Source: Octopus bimaculoides
Lineage: Eukaryota
Assembly (NCBI RefSeq): GCF_001194135.2
Contig: NC_068983.1
Location: forward strand, 163,943,813-164,007,812
DNA: 64,000 bases
Direction of reading: 5' to 3'
Position 1 is the stretch's first letter; each line of letters opens with the position of its first letter. Below the pieces are notes generated by a model. The model was not told the origin of the DNA, did no database searches, and worked only from the letters and a program-made list of their open reading frames with translations. Made by a program: the position numbers and the translations under genes. This document shows, one piece after another, positions 1 through 13,950 of the stretch.

Positions 1-375
1 TTTAGTCCATCGCAGATAAAATTCCGCCACTCTTTACCAATGGGTAGATAAACTATAATATGTAGAATAAGAAATATTGATTAAAGACACAATAGAACGA
101 CCACAGCAGACTTAGACACAGTAAACACGAGTTGGTATTCTATTGTGATATCAGCATAACCATTCTGACTCATTGTATAAAAATGGTAATATCTGAACTA
201 AGCTGAAGTATTGTACAGCCGTAAATTATAGTATAAAGATGCTGCAAACAAATTAACTGACCTGCTGTATAGCAATAAGATTTATGCCAGTCTGAACATG
301 TTTTAAAAGTTTAGCCTTGCACAGCAGCAAGATAAATGCGATAAAGTTAGTGACTTGGCTTTAAATCAAATTCAA

Positions 376-636
376 TTATTGAGTGACTTTTTCACATAAC
401 TTGGTTGGTGATATTGTGCAATTTACGCAATTATCCACAATGGTTTCAGCTGAACGATTTTCTCCATAGACAAGCAGTGTATAAAATTGGACATCAAATA
501 TGTTTCTCTTAACTTTATTATCAGCATAAACTGAAATTTGCGAAATTAGGTGCACAGAACGAAAAAAATTAGCATAAAGAATATAGCCAGGACGATGACC
601 GCTGCTAATAATTAACTGGATGATAAACAGGGACAT
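376..636 (-). mobile_element. Possible decayed LINE reverse transcriptase fragment
   Basis: ORF reads SLFIIQL...QISVYADN, resembling the LF.I...YADD region; weak. Confidence 0.25.
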
Positions 637-812
637 TATGATCTTAAATCATATCAGGATAATTAAGTAGCAATTGACTGTAGCAATAAAGTGTCAGATT
701 GCGGGGCAAAAAGCAGAGGCTTCGTATTCTCTCACAGATGCTGTAATTGGTGGGTGACAATGGTATTTCACTGGTCGTGGTTCAGTCCGATTCACAATTG
801 ACAAAAATCGGT

Positions 813-2650
813 TTCAAAATTTGGCACAAGAACAGCGATTTGGGGGAATGGGTGGGTTGATTATCTGGACTGCAGTGCTCAACTGATGTTATTTTATCGA
901 CTACAGCAGAATTTGAACTTAGGACGTAGAGACAGAGGAAATGGTTCTATGCATTTTGTTCGACGCGCTAACGATTTTACAAGCTCGTTGCCTTAGTTGA
1001 CAAGTATTAGTAGTTACAGCTCGCCAATATAAGGGATAAATTTATTGTTTAATTAGAAAGAATTCAATTAATTTGTGGCTTGGATATCAACTTCTACAGA
1101 CCAACGCGGGAGTCTAAACATGGTTGCATTCTCGAAGTCGCTGCCAAATCTACTTCAATTCACACTTTATCGAATTGAAAAGAAAACACAGTAGGATTAT
1201 AGTAACTCTAGGCGAATAAGACGGGATGGTTACGGTTAGAATGTCGTTGATCATAAGTCTACTCGATCAAACCTGACTTCAGGCTAAACGACCTTTGTAG
1301 CGCTGGACTAGATTTTATGAAACTGTTCAGGTCTTTCTCAAGAAACCCAGGATCAACAAAATATCATTTCCATAATTACTACAAAGCAATTAAACCAAAA
1401 CAAAAAGAAAAGAAAAATGTGTGTTTGTGAAAATGTTAAGAGTTTATAATGTTTATTTACAGGGTGTCCACAAAGTATGGGTACATGAAGTAAATAAAAT
1501 CATGACATAAACAATTGAATATAAGAAATAATAATTTCTTAAAGTATATGCTAATCCCCATGTACCCAGACTTTGTGGACACTCTGTAGTAATGGTTGTA
1601 CTCAGGAGCTTATATCAGTTGAGGACAATTATAGATCCGTCTTTATTTGGTATTCTTTCTAATTATGATACAAAGGCGCTGAGCTGGCAGAATTATGAAT
1701 TCGTCGGACAAAATGCTAAGCAGCATTTCTTCTGGCCGTTTCACTTTCTCATGTGAAATTCCACCGAAGTTGGCGTTGCCTTTCAACCCTTCAGGGTTGA
1801 TATATAAAGTACCCTTTGAGCACTGGCTTCAATGTTATCATCAAAACCCTTCCCTGATAAAATTGCTGGCCTGCTGCCAAAATTAGTTCCTGATTTTGGT
1901 ACTATGCCAGAAATTTTTGGGGAATGGGTGAGTCTATTACATCGCCCCTAGTCGATGATGAGTCGAAATACCGCCAGGCATTTTGTCTGACGCACTAACA
2001 ATTATGCCAGCTGGCTGTTTTCTTTAGTATATCAATAGTTAGAAAATTAAAACCGTATTTTAATTTTAAGTGTATGCTGTAACCGTTTCATATTATATTG
2101 GTTGTAAGGTTGCAATAGAGGAAGAAGGAAAAGAAAAGGAGAATCCGTTAAAAGGAGAATTAATTAAAAATTATGACAGAAGTGCCATTCTTCTGTTTAG
2201 TATAGCATGACATTGTTTTAAGGATTTATTGAGGGTTCCCAGTTGTAGCTGTAGTCCACTAGATTTTAATTAAAAGTTTCAAGAAGGGAAGGTGTTAGCA
2301 ACCAGCTACGGCCTGGAAATGACAATTGTATTATAAATATAACTGATGACTTAAAAGGTCGATATATGGATGTTGCCTACAATGACACGGTTTGACCTTT
2401 CATTGGTTTCATAACGATATGGAGGTCTCATGACAATAATATACATTCCTATTATCATTTCAAATTCTGGCAAAAGGTCGGCATTTTAGGCGGTTGGAGT
2501 TAATCGATTACACAGACCTCCCCCCTCCCAACAAGTACTTTATCGATCACGGAAGGTAAAAGTGACCTCGGCGGGATTTGAACTCAGAAGGTAAGGTTTC
2601 GGAAAACATGCCGCTAAGTATTTTCTTGGTCTCACTAACATTTCTGCCTT
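813..2650. mobile_element. Cluster of degenerate SINE family A copies (~813-996 minus, ~1672-1830 plus, ~1890-2015 minus, ~2470-2650 minus)
   Basis: Partial matches to the family A head (gagctggcagaat / atttgaactcag) and central domain. Confidence 0.6.
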
Positions 2651-2897
2651 ATACATTCACATAATGACATGGGAGAGTCATCTCCATGTGATGAATCCTT
2701 GACTCTACATAATATGTTCCCGTGCCTAATAGCATCGTTTCCTGTATATTGTGGAAACTTATTTGAAGCTGTTATAATAATTACCACATCTATCAATATC
2801 ATTATCGATAAAGTAAGTAACAGTTGAGCATGAGGTTCGATATAATTGGCTTATCCCCTGCTCCGAAATTTCTGGCCTTGTGCCATAAATTTGAAAC

Positions 2898-2955
<58 letters not shown>

Positions 2956-2958
<3 letters not shown>

Positions 2959-4154
2959 CAGTTTTATTTTTATAACGTGCTTTCACTTCACTACCGAGCG
3001 CAGCTCTGTGTGCCTTGGGTATGTGTTATGGTTTGCTGTGATGCTCTTATGGTTACTGTATTGAAAGTGTTTTGCTTAAGATGTGTGCAGTGCCCAGTAG
3101 TGCAATCTTCTGTATGTTATATATATTTGTAAGTCCTGGTGTTTTTGTTATGTATTTGTCTGAATATTTTTTTTTTATCATACCTAATGCGCCTATTATG
3201 ATAGGAATTGTTTCTGTTTTTAGACTCCGCATTCGAGTTATCTCTATTTCCAGATTTTTGTATTTTGAAAATTTCTCCGTCTGTTTTAGAGAAACATTGT
3301 TACCTGTTGGTATTGGTACATCGATTAAAAAGCATTCTTTTCTTGGTGATCTCTGACAACTATATCCGGCCTATTGGCTTTAATTTCTCTGTGACCTTTA
3401 ATTTCTCGTTTTCTGTGACCTTTTCTGGCGTGTACTTATACCATCGTTTTTGTGTTGTTATTCCATAGTGTTGGCATAACTTCTAGTGTATATAGGTCCC
3501 AACTCTGACGTGTCTGAATATATTCATTCTTAGCCAGGACTGGGCAGCCAGTGACAATTTGATTTATTGCTTCTTCTCCATCTCCACATATTCTGCAATT
3601 ACTCATATTTCTTTTCATTACATGTTTTTGGTGATTTCTGTGTAAAGTCTTTGATCTTGTGCTGCAGCAAAAAAAATCCTTCGGTCTCTGCTTTGTGTCC
3701 TTCGCTTCTCAGCCATTGCTGCGGTTCTGCTTTGTCTATTTCTTTTCTGTTTAGTTTAGCCCAATATTTGCCATGAAGGGGCTTTTCTTGCCATCGTTTT
3801 ATCATGATCCGTTGCTGTTCTAGTTTTAGTTTGGATTTCATTTGTTTTACAGCTTTTCTTGTTTCTTCTTTTTCTTCATAGTTGTTAGGTAGTATGACTT
3901 CTTTTTTGTATTTGTCTACTTCCTTAAAGACTAAAAACAGTTTTTTCTTTTGTTCGTGTTTTGTGGTTATTTGTATTAGTTTCCCTTGCTTCTGAAGTGG
4001 GTATTTTTGCGGTCCTATGGTAGTTATTTTGTAATAGTTTTCCAGCTGTATAAGGTCTCTACCACTTTCAATATGTTGTATGTATAGCATTTCTACGTCA
4101 GATTTTGGGTGGTGCAACCTAGATCCTGCCATTATTTTTCTTGTTTTCCTCTGT
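2956..4154 (-). mobile_element. 5'-truncated Dong/R4-type non-LTR retrotransposon (REL endonuclease), TAA-associated family, copy 1
   Basis: Frameshifted ORF pieces: HPKSDVEMLY, WQEKPLHGKY, CCHC knuckle CRICGDGEEAINQIVTGC, and the REL C-terminus ending HILSKTLSIQ*. A ~105-bp 3'UTR follows. Both ends abut (TAA)n. Confidence 0.88.
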
Positions 4155-4208
4155 ATTATCATTATTATTATTATTATTATTATCATTATTATTATTATTA
4201 TTATTATT

Positions 4209-4832
4209 CAGTAGTTTTATTTTTATAACGTGCTTTCACTTCACTACCGAGCGCAGCTCTGTGCGCCTTGGGTATGTGCTGTGGTTTGCTGTGGTGCTCT
4301 TATGTTTACTGTATTGAAAGTGTTTTGCGTAGGATGTGTGCAGTACCCAGTAGTGCAATTTTCTGTATGTTATATATATTTGTAAGACCTGCTATTTTTG
4401 TTATGTATTTGTCTGAATATTTTTTTATTATAACTAAGGCACCTACTATGATAGGAATTGTTTCTGTTTTTAGATTCCACATTCGAGTTATCTCTATTTC
4501 CAGGTCTTTGTATTTTGAAAGTTTTTCCATTTCTTTTAGAGAAACGTTGTCATCTGCTGGTATTGATACATCGATTAGAAAGCATTTTTTTTCTTCATGA
4601 TCTTTGACAACTATATCTGGTCTATTTGCCTTAATTTCTCTATCTGTGTGTATTGGCATATCTCAGAGTATGGTTGCTTTCTCGTTTTCTGTGACCTTTT
4701 CTGGCGTGTGTTTATACCATCTTTTTTCTGTTGTTATTCCATAATGTTGGCATAGCTTCCAGTGTATATAGGTCCCAGCTCTGTCGTGTCTTTGGTTATA
4801 TTCCTTCTTAGCCAGGACTGGGCAGCCAGAGA
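4209..4832 (-). mobile_element. 5'-truncated Dong/R4-type retrotransposon, TAA-associated family, copy 2
   Basis: ORF 4306-4659 reads NRPDIVVKDHEEKKCFLIDVSIPADDN...KLSKYKDL...IIVGAL...HILRKTLSIQ* (PD-(D/E)xK REL domain). It has the same 3'UTR as copy 1 and is flanked by (TAA)n on both sides. Confidence 0.9.
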
Positions 4833-4852
4833 TATTATTATTATTATTATTA

Positions 4853-4883
<31 letters not shown>

Positions 4884-4970
4884 CATTATTATTATTATTA
4901 TTATAAGGANNNNNNNNNNNNNNNNNNNNNNNNNNNNNNNNNNNNNNNNNNNNNNNNNNNNNNNNNNNNN

Positions 4971-5062
<92 letters not shown>

Positions 5063-8000
5063 CATTATTATTATTATTATTATAAGGAATTATTCTGTTT
5101 GCAATCTTCACATTCTGGTTATCTCTCTTCCCAAGTCTTAAAATTTAGATAATGCCTTAATTTCCTTTAGAGATTCATTATTGTCTGGTTAGACTAACCC
5201 TCCCACCACCACCGCCACATCAAGTGGGATTTCCTTTCCTACTTGGTCTTGATCACTGTACCTTGATCATTATCTTTAGTAATCTCCTTCTATTTGAGGA
5301 CCAACACATCGCAGTGTATAGTCGCTTTGTCATTCACCGACACCTTCTTACCCGGTGTATGCAGCATAATTTCCACTTTGAAAGCCTTAACTTTCTCACC
5401 TTTGCATATGTATTCTCTCTCCTGGATCTGACGAGACAGAAACAATTCGTTTAATCGTTTGGGTGGTGTATTCTAAATGCAATCATTTTCGTTGCTTTCC
5501 GTTTACTTTGGTTATTAATTTTTATTCTTGTTGACAACATTTATAACTAGAACTTCTTACTTGGAAAACTGAAATAGTGATTCTTATTAATATATTTTTT
5601 ATTTAGCGCTTTACATATTAATCTAATGTGTCTATGATATACATTCCTAACCTTTTCATACATTTGTGTTTACGTGTTTGTGTGTGAATGTGTGGTACTT
5701 CTTATCTTGTTTATTAATTCCTAGTCTTTGTAAGTCCGTGTTTGGAATAATCTTCTTATGAGTGAATATTTATCTAAGACGGCATTAATGTTTTTAATAA
5801 ATCCTCTCTTCAAAGTTGTCATGAAGCATATTTGCAACTCAAGTCTCGTATCACTTACTCGAATAAATCCGTGTATTGTCTGCAGCGGTGTCTTTCTTTT
5901 CAATGACATATTTCCGTCTTTTGGAATAGGTTAGCAGGGGTTGTTGTCTGCGACCTAAAAGTATCTGCCATTTTCCTTATTCTATCTGTCTACTGAAATC
6001 GACATGCCCTATACTATGATCATTTTATCACGCTTTTAGAGTATTCGGTGCTGTATATCGGCAGTCTTTTAATTCTGTTCTGCGGGTTGTTCTTTAATCC
6101 CATGTCACAGATACATTCTATTTTTTTCTGATTTGGCCTGGTTTTTCATAATATTCACGCAGGAAATTTTTTTCTTGCTAACATTCTATTTAACGTAACA
6201 TTTTTAATTTATATTTTTATCATTAATGTTTCCAGACGCCTGCTTATTACTTCAGCTTGAGTTTCGTAGGTATTACCGTCTTGCCATCCCTAAAGGCATT
6301 CTTATTTATTTTATAAACGTTATGTGTCACTTTACACAAGTGATATTGATGTCAATATGTTCGGTGCCTACGAAAACCTAGTTTCGGTTTATTTGTATAT
6401 TTTTGTTATTTTATCATTAACTTCTATCTTCGAGTTGGTAATTCTTTTGTCCTAAGGGACATATATCGATTTTAATTCTTTAATTAGATTATTGCTTATT
6501 CACAATTTCTAACATCAATAATTTTCTACCTTAACATCTTTCACATATACTGTTTGGCTCATATTTTCTTTGGTTTAAGCAGTATTGGTCGATAATTTGT
6601 AAAGATTCTGGAGTTAAATGCTGTGCTAGATTCTTATTTTAAGTTGTTTATTTTGCTTGTGCTAACTTTGTTTGTCATTCATGTTCTCAATATTTTTCAT
6701 TTTAACATTGTTATATTTATTTTCGTTGTTTGTATTTTTATGTTTCTTTCCCTTTATTGTTTGTATACACATTATGTGTCTTTACTTTTTGAATTTATAT
6801 TTCTGTTTGATATCATTTTAGATCTAAGAATCTATTTCCTTAAAAGCCTCTTGAGAAACAAGGTTATTTCTGGCGCACGGCTATTTTCTCTCCGGATATT
6901 GTAAATATTTATTATGATAGGTTCTGTAAAATATATTTTTATAAGATGGATATACATTCCTTTCGAGTCATATAAATTTAAAACTTTTATTTGTAGTCCT
7001 TCAAGAGTAAATTCTGTTCGTTTATTTGAATTACCATCATATTTATTATCGTTTGCTTGCGTTCGTTTCTGGTGGCAAGGCATTTGCCGTGCCCTACTCT
7101 CCATATTTTTAATCTACTCATTTCAAACTACGTATTACATTTTACCATTGAACCCAGTTACACGGTTTTGTTTCTAAGTTTTTGTTATAGTTTTGCTTTG
7201 AGATGAATTGGTTTGATGCTGGTGCTGGTTGTATTTTTGCTCTGTAAGTGTGCTTCGATGAATTTGTAACCCAATGGTTGTTGGATTGTACCTTAACAAA
7301 ACATAACTTGCTGCATTTATATAAACACAATGCCATCGCGCGTGTATGGTGATAATAATTTGAATACTGAAATAAGTAAAACACTGTGTGTGTGTGTGGG
7401 CGGGAGAACTGTTACCACGAAGTCTATTAAGGCTGCTCACTTTACAAGGTTTTGATCGCTCGGTTTGTGATGTTTAGTATTAACATATATATGACATTAT
7501 TTTAAACTTGCTTTAGTCTTGTTTCCCCGTATTGATTATTAAAAGTAGAATACGAATAATTATGCAGAATAAATACATGGCCTCAGAACAATGATAAACG
7601 ATCACAGGGGAAAAAAAAAGGTATGTTTGAAATAAAATTTAACTAAAGTTTAAAATAAATAAATATATAATGCTTTTAAATATTATTGAACTATCAGAGA
7701 ATTCATGCAGCAGGCTATCGATAATATAAAAAAAATTATCGATGCTGGTTGGCCAAATAATATTTTTGAAAATTTTATCGTCACCTATTATGAGACTCGC
7801 TAACTTTGATCGTTCGTTCTAATATCAATGCATTGTATGCATTATACATGCATAAATATATTATATTAATGCAAAATGCAATTAAATTTTATGATATAAG
7901 TTTATGCATTACATTTACTGTTATTACGTCGTCGTTTCTTTTTGTTTTTGTTTTTCTTTCATTCTCATTTCACCGGTGTTCTTGGTTACTTTTAACGTTG

Positions 8001-8199
8001 CACAATACTCATGTCTGTTGTTCTTTCACTCAGTCTTCGCTTCCGTACTATTTTCCTGTGACCGGATTACAACTCCCTTTTTGTTTCTTATATACGAGAC
8101 ACATCCTTTGGTTAGGCAAGACTTTTTTTTGTTAATCAACATTGCATGCAAACGTTGAGATGCGACATTTGTAAAGAATAATGGGCGCCGCACAAATGT

Positions 8200-9900
8200 A
8201 GGCTGACATCGCTCGACTAAGTTTTTTTTTTTTTGCATTTCATCTACTGTGTTAGTTGTAAGGTCGGTTCAAATACTGACTCCAGAAGATTACAAGACAA
8301 TTGCAGTTGGATTCTTCCGTTGTGTAATCCAGTGCATGGGGAAAGATGATCTGAGAGACGTTTTAGATGATTGCATTCAATAAATCGATTTTTCTGAAGA
8401 ACGTTCATGTGATATATTCAAATTATTTTCTCTATCATTGCCTGCTAGTGGTGTGTTGTAATGGAAAGGGGAAAGGAGGATTCGAGATGGACTGCACAAT
8501 TATTATTGAAAGTGCTACATATATATATATATATATAATCAAAAAAAGCATCACGGATTTTAAAGGTTATTGCAGTACGCACGTTTCATGCTACTTATAT
8601 ATATATATATATNNNNNNNNNNNNNNNNNNNNNNNNNNNNNNNNNNNNNNNNNNNNNNNNNNNNNNNNNNNNNNNNNNNNNNNNNNNNNNNNNNNNNNNN
8701 NNNNNNNNNNNNNNNNNNNNNNNNNNNNNNNNNNNNNNNNNNNNNNNNNNNNNNNNNNNNNNNNNNNNNNNNNNNNNNNNNNNNNNNNNNNNNNNNNNNN
8801 NNNNNNNNNNNNNNNNNNNNNNNNNNNNNNNNNNNNNNNNNNNNNNNNNNNNNNNNNNNNNNNNNNNNNNNNNNNNNNNNNNNNNNNNNNNATATATATA
8901 TATATATATATATATATAACACTCCATATTGATTTCTTGATTTGTAAAAATCAAAGCCCTGATCGTGCAAATATTTAAAGTATTGAGATTTCTGTTTATT
9001 CCTTAACTAGAATTTGACAATCATGGCTCTGACAGGATTGTCTTACAGTTTTATTTTAAACTTTTAATTATTCTGTGAGCAAGTTTCTTCAATAATACCA
9101 ATTCCAATTTGTACAATCCTTTCTGAATTTCCTTAGAAAAGATTTCTCTCTTTCGAAGTTTCTTGAATTATATTGGTTTTAATGATCTGTTATCAATTTC
9201 CAATAGGATTCTAGTAAAAATTGTCTCAGTTTTATGATCTTGGTAAAACTATTGATTAGCATGGTAGAATTGGTCAGTTATATTGCAAATTTGGATTAAA
9301 TAAACTGTTCTATAAATGGAAAACGGAGCTGTAAAATTTCCACTGTGATATACCGCACAATAAATGGTACTTTGATGACAAGGAATGGTTGATCCAATAT
9401 CTTGACTGGCCAAATACTTCGACAACATTATGCCACTATCTCCAAATCTCCTTATCGGTTTCAAGTATTCTCCCTTCATTATTTCTCTGAATTGTCACAG
9501 ACATCTATGATGGCCATTTGAGAAGAGAAAAAATCTTGATTATTACGTGTAACCAACATTTACAAAGAAATTGGGCTCTTTTCTTTGTACATTTCAGGAA
9601 ATTGCTTTCATCAACAATGCTTATTTTTTTGAGAGCAGGTACTCTCGTACACAATATCTGCTGCAAATTCTCTATTCTTCCAAGAAATTTTGAATTACAT
9701 GTGTGGCTACATTCCTTTTATCGCTAGCAGTGAAATACTTCAATAAAGACAGGAAATCCTGCTTCTTGTCTGTAATGTTTAATTTTGTCAGCTTTCATTT
9801 ATCGCCTAAATATAGAACTATTTTCTGTCAGATTTTTAAAACTTTACACTTTCTTTCATCATTTTCGTGGATTATTCAGTTCGGGTAACCGTAGTCTCGG
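8200..9900 (-). mobile_element. Highly decayed LINE ORF2 remnant, interrupted by (TA)n and a gap
   Basis: Only weak motif echoes on the minus strand (EGRILETDKEIW, APFSIY, HDQGF..., GLHNG). Confidence 0.3.
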
Positions 9901-9944
9901 ATTCAATACGTCAGATTAATTAGTTCCGTCTCTCTACAACATGA

Positions 9945-10185
9945 GTTCAAATTTTGCCAGACTCTGCTTCGCTTTTACAGTTCTACAAAGACGCCAATAT
10001 TTCGGGGAGGGTGTAAGTTGCTTAAATTCCATCGACCCCTCCCCAACCCCAGTGTTCAACTGGTACTTATTTTATTGAACCCGAAAGAATAAAAGGTGAA
10101 GTCGACCTCGGCGAAATTTGAACTCGGATCGTAAAGACGGACGAAATGTTGCTAAGAATTTTGTTCTGCTTGCTAACGATTCGCC
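9945..10185 (-). mobile_element. SINE family A
   Basis: ctggtacttatttt...aaaggtgaagtcgacctcggcgaaatttgaactcgg...gctaacgattcgcc. Confidence 0.75.
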
Positions 10186-10673
10186 GTTGAAAAAATGTCA
10201 ATATTAGAAACACAGATATATGAAGATCACTTCAAGAGATGAAGCCCTTATCACTCTAAAACCCTGTGTGCGTAAGTGTGTGCGTGTGTGTGTGTGTGTG
10301 GATGGTCCTGTTTCATTGGGAAGCATTAATATTATATTATTGTGAGTCGCAGTAATTATTTACATATGAAAAACAATGAAAGAGATCGACTGAAAGAAAG
10401 AGTAGAGCACCGCACTGGATGTTTTATAGTATTTGATTTCACCTCAGTCTACGTCCTGAGTTGAATCTTCTTGATTTTTTTTGTATTTCGACATGCAATA
10501 AAATAAACAAAAGATGAATAAATACCAGATATATCGGAGACAATTCGATCGCCTATTTTCTGTCATAACAAATATAAGGTTCTTTTGAAATATAAGAAAC
10601 GATTATAATTTGAAATTAAAATCACCAGTGAAAGCCGAAATATAGCTAATAATTTGTATTTTCTATTTTGTAG

Positions 10674-11400
10674 GTTCACCATGGAAAATACAAAGAACAT
10701 ACCAGTGAGGTTAATACACATCACAGAAAAATTCATCCTAACCATAGGTGGATGAATCTGGACACTGCTGATTTCTTACCAGAAAAAGGTCAAGATGAAA
10801 ACGGGAAAAAACAGGATTCTCTAAGTGACAACTTTTATAACTGGGAAGACAATGGCATTTGGGAAAGTCAATCTGATGTTTTGAGTAAAGGGAAGTTGAA
10901 AAAACTTCATAACTTGCATAAATTTAAAACAACTGCTAAGTCTGGAACACAACCTGAAAGTAGCACTACCACTGGAATCAAGACAACAACGACTAGTTTC
11001 TCGGAACCAAGCAAGAAGGATAATTTCCTGAAATATGAAGAATCTGATAATCTTAAACTGTCAACTGATGGACACAAGAAACGTCTGTCGTATTCAGAGG
11101 AGGAACCGATGGGAATTAACAACGGGTTCTTTGAAGACACCATTGAAAATACAGGTCAAATCTTTGTCGGAGATGTTAAAAAGACAACTGGATCAGGTAA
11201 AAAAGTCGAAATTGAATACAAAACGAAAGTTACTGCATCAGTTGAACCTCAGCGTGCAGTGCCAAAGCCAGCCAACTTGGTTCACCCTGGGTTTACAACA
11301 AAAAAAGATACCGTTACTATCAAAACACTAAAAAAATTGCCGAGCACTAAGAGAGTAACCCCAGCGGTTCCAGCAGCACAGCTTGCCAAGAAACATCATG
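10674..11400 (+). CDS. Internal coding exon (phase 0 to phase 1) of a putative secreted follistatin-like/Kazal protein; His-rich start, then an acidic and Thr/Lys/Ser-rich low-complexity region
   Basis: Acceptor ttttctattttgtag ends at 10673. The frame is open from 10674 (VHHGKYKEHTSEVNTHHRKIHPNHRWMNLDTADF...AQLAKKHH) to a consensus donor G|gtaagt at 11400/11401. Length is 727 nt (242 codons + 1), so the phase matches the acceptor at 45741 (G+CT = Ala). Confidence 0.8.
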
Positions 11401-12225
11401 GTAAGTTCCTTATTTTAGCTTTAATCGAAAGAAAAAAACATTCTTTTACTCTTTATATCTCTATATCCCTTCACTCTTCTTACATCTCTTTTACTGATTT
11501 TGATAATCGAACTGAAGTCATGCTGGAGCACCATCCTCAAGGCTTTACTCATCCATGTCAAACTTTCTACGTACTGCTATCTAATGTGTATTTTATTGAG
11601 TTCTGTTTATCGAACAGCTCAAATATTTAAATTTAGAAATAAATATGACAGTTGAGAAAAGCAGTACACGTATGAAAAAAAAAATTAAAATGTAGGGGAA
11701 ATACAATGAAAGAACAAGAAGCAAGAAGCGGAATGAAAGGAACAAGGAGAAAGAAGAATAGAGAGACTCGTAATGAGAGAAAGAAAGACAAAAAGGGGCG
11801 ATTAAAAGGGCGATATTTCGTGTTGTGTATTGAGTACTTTGTCAATGCTAAGTTTTAAAGTCCCTGGGGAATATATTTATAAGACAGAGGAAGTGTATGA
11901 TAACAAAATATATTGGGTTTATGGTGTGTCAAGACGACTGGCAATCATAGAACGACTCTATCCAGCTGATGGTGGTTACTCAGTGTTTGCCGGTGTTGGT
12001 AAAAGGACATGTGAGGGTAATGATCGTTATCATGAAATGATTACGTCTGGTGTCATCAGCTCTCTGGTCACCATTTCTAGGAGGGACGTAGTGTTCAGGC
12101 ATTTCTTTTATAAGGGCGTCTTTATACTTTAAATGGAGTTCTCAAAATTGCTTCAATTATGGCATGAAAAATGCCTAAATTGCTTAAGAATTTTAATTCG
12201 CAACTTTGATTATTTTAAAAGAGTG

Positions 12226-12547
12226 GCACTTCGTTGGTTACCACGGCAAGGGTTCCACTTGATCCAATCGAAGGAACAGCCTGCTCGTAACATTAACGTT
12301 CAAGTGGCTGAGTACTCTACAGACCCGCGTACCCTTAAAGTAGTTCTCAGGGAGTTTCAGCTTGACACAGAATGAAACAAGGCTGACTCCTTTGAAATAC
12401 AGGTAGAACGCATTTTTGTCAGCTGAGTGAACTGGAGCAACTTGAAATAAAGTGTCTTGCTCAAAGACACAACACACCGCCGGGGATTGAACTTACGACC
12501 TTACGATCGGGAGCTGGATACCCTAACCACTAAACCAGGCGCCTTCA
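12226..12547 (-). mobile_element. SINE sharing the family B tail (a related plus-strand copy lies at ~25277-25600)
   Basis: Tail tggcacttcgttggtt...gttccacttgatcc...cacagaatg; head ccggggattgaacttacgacc...ccctaaccactaaacca. Confidence 0.7.
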
Positions 12548-12666
12548 CCATTTGAATATCTCAATCTACTGCTAAATAGTTATTGTTCACTTTGCAGGAT
12601 TATACTGCAGATGATTACATGAATCGGTATGCGCCGAACACATATACGCCGAAATTCTACATGTGT

Positions 12667-12709
<43 letters not shown>

Positions 12710-13295
12710 ACAGGGAGGGAGAGAGATAGAGAGAGAGAGAAGGAGCGTTAAGTTCAAACATGGATGTTGAATATTGTTCTGTTGAACGGAATGACTAACC
12801 ACGAGAAGAAAATTGGTACATGCCTAAGGCCTGATGTACATAAGCTGGACAACAGAATACAAAACATATTCATTTGTGTGTGTATGTGTGTGTGTGTGAG
12901 CGTTTGTGCATGCGTGTGTGTAAACGTGCGTGTCATATGTGATGACTTCAAGTTGTTTTCCTGCAATGATTGAAGTTTGTGCTGTAAGTTTAATATTTCC
13001 ATTAATGAGTCTAGTTTGAGGATCAGGTTTCGGATTCAAATACATAAAATTGCGTTCCATGAGAAAAAGTAATAAAAATACTGTAAGTGGATGAATGTGA
13101 ACGTTCAATGTTTATCTGAGAAATAGTGTATATAGATGTATTTATGTAAAAGCATTGGCGTAAACTTATGTGTTTGTGTGTTAATTTTAGTAACAACATG
13201 AATCATAATAGCATAAATATTCTAATATGTATGTATGTATGTATGTATGTATATATATATCTGTGTGTGTGTGTGTATGTATGTATACATATATC

Positions 13296-13326
<31 letters not shown>

Positions 13327-13867
13327 ATATGTATNNNNNNNNNNNNNNNNNNNNNNNNNNNNNNNNNNNNNNNNNNNNNNNNNNNNNNNNNNNNNNNNNN
13401 NNNNNNNNNNNNNNNNNNNNNNNNNNNNNNNNNNATATACACACATGTATTATTGATACTGTTTTTGCAGCTCAGAAATTGTTGATCAAATATTTTAGGT
13501 GTGGTTATTCACAGACGAATCTAAATGAGATGTTATTAAGTTTCGTTACTTGAAATAATGGCTCTGTCATTGCACTTGTGTACCCCCCACCCAGTGTGCT
13601 TTTGCTTGCTTGGATATTTTTAGGAAGAAATAGAATCGAGGAATTCAAGATAAATTTGGTTGGCGTTGCATGTTTTTGATGTCGGAGAAGAAAGAACTGA
13701 ATTATTATATATCGTATTTACATTTTTGCCTGATGCAGTTTTGGTCCTTGTGGATAGAGGGAGCAGTTAGCTGAAACAGAACAAAGAAATAGAAAAGGAA
13801 AAACAAAAACATAAAAAAAACAATTCAATCGATTGTACCTGTGTGATACGATAGAAGAATCATATTT

Positions 13868-13950
13868 CTCTCTCTCTTTCTCCCCTCTCTCTTTCTCCCC
13901 TCTCTCTTTCTCCCCTCTCTCTTTCTCTTTCTCCCCCTCTCTCTTTCTCA
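13868..13950. repeat. Polypyrimidine 15-bp tandem (tctctctttctcccc)n
   Basis: Three to four tandem units. Confidence 0.8.

Noticed and set aside
2714-2812. ATG-to-gtaagt phase 0 segment as possible first exon
   Set aside because: Phase fits, but the peptide (MFPCLIASFPVYCGNLFEAVIIITTSINIIIDK) is not a convincing signal peptide; unsupported without transcripts.
11401-11630. C-terminal 76 aa of the listed 292-aa ORF
   Set aside because: It is read-through into the intron after a consensus gtaagt donor. Composition shifts abruptly and the tail includes repeat-derived sequence.
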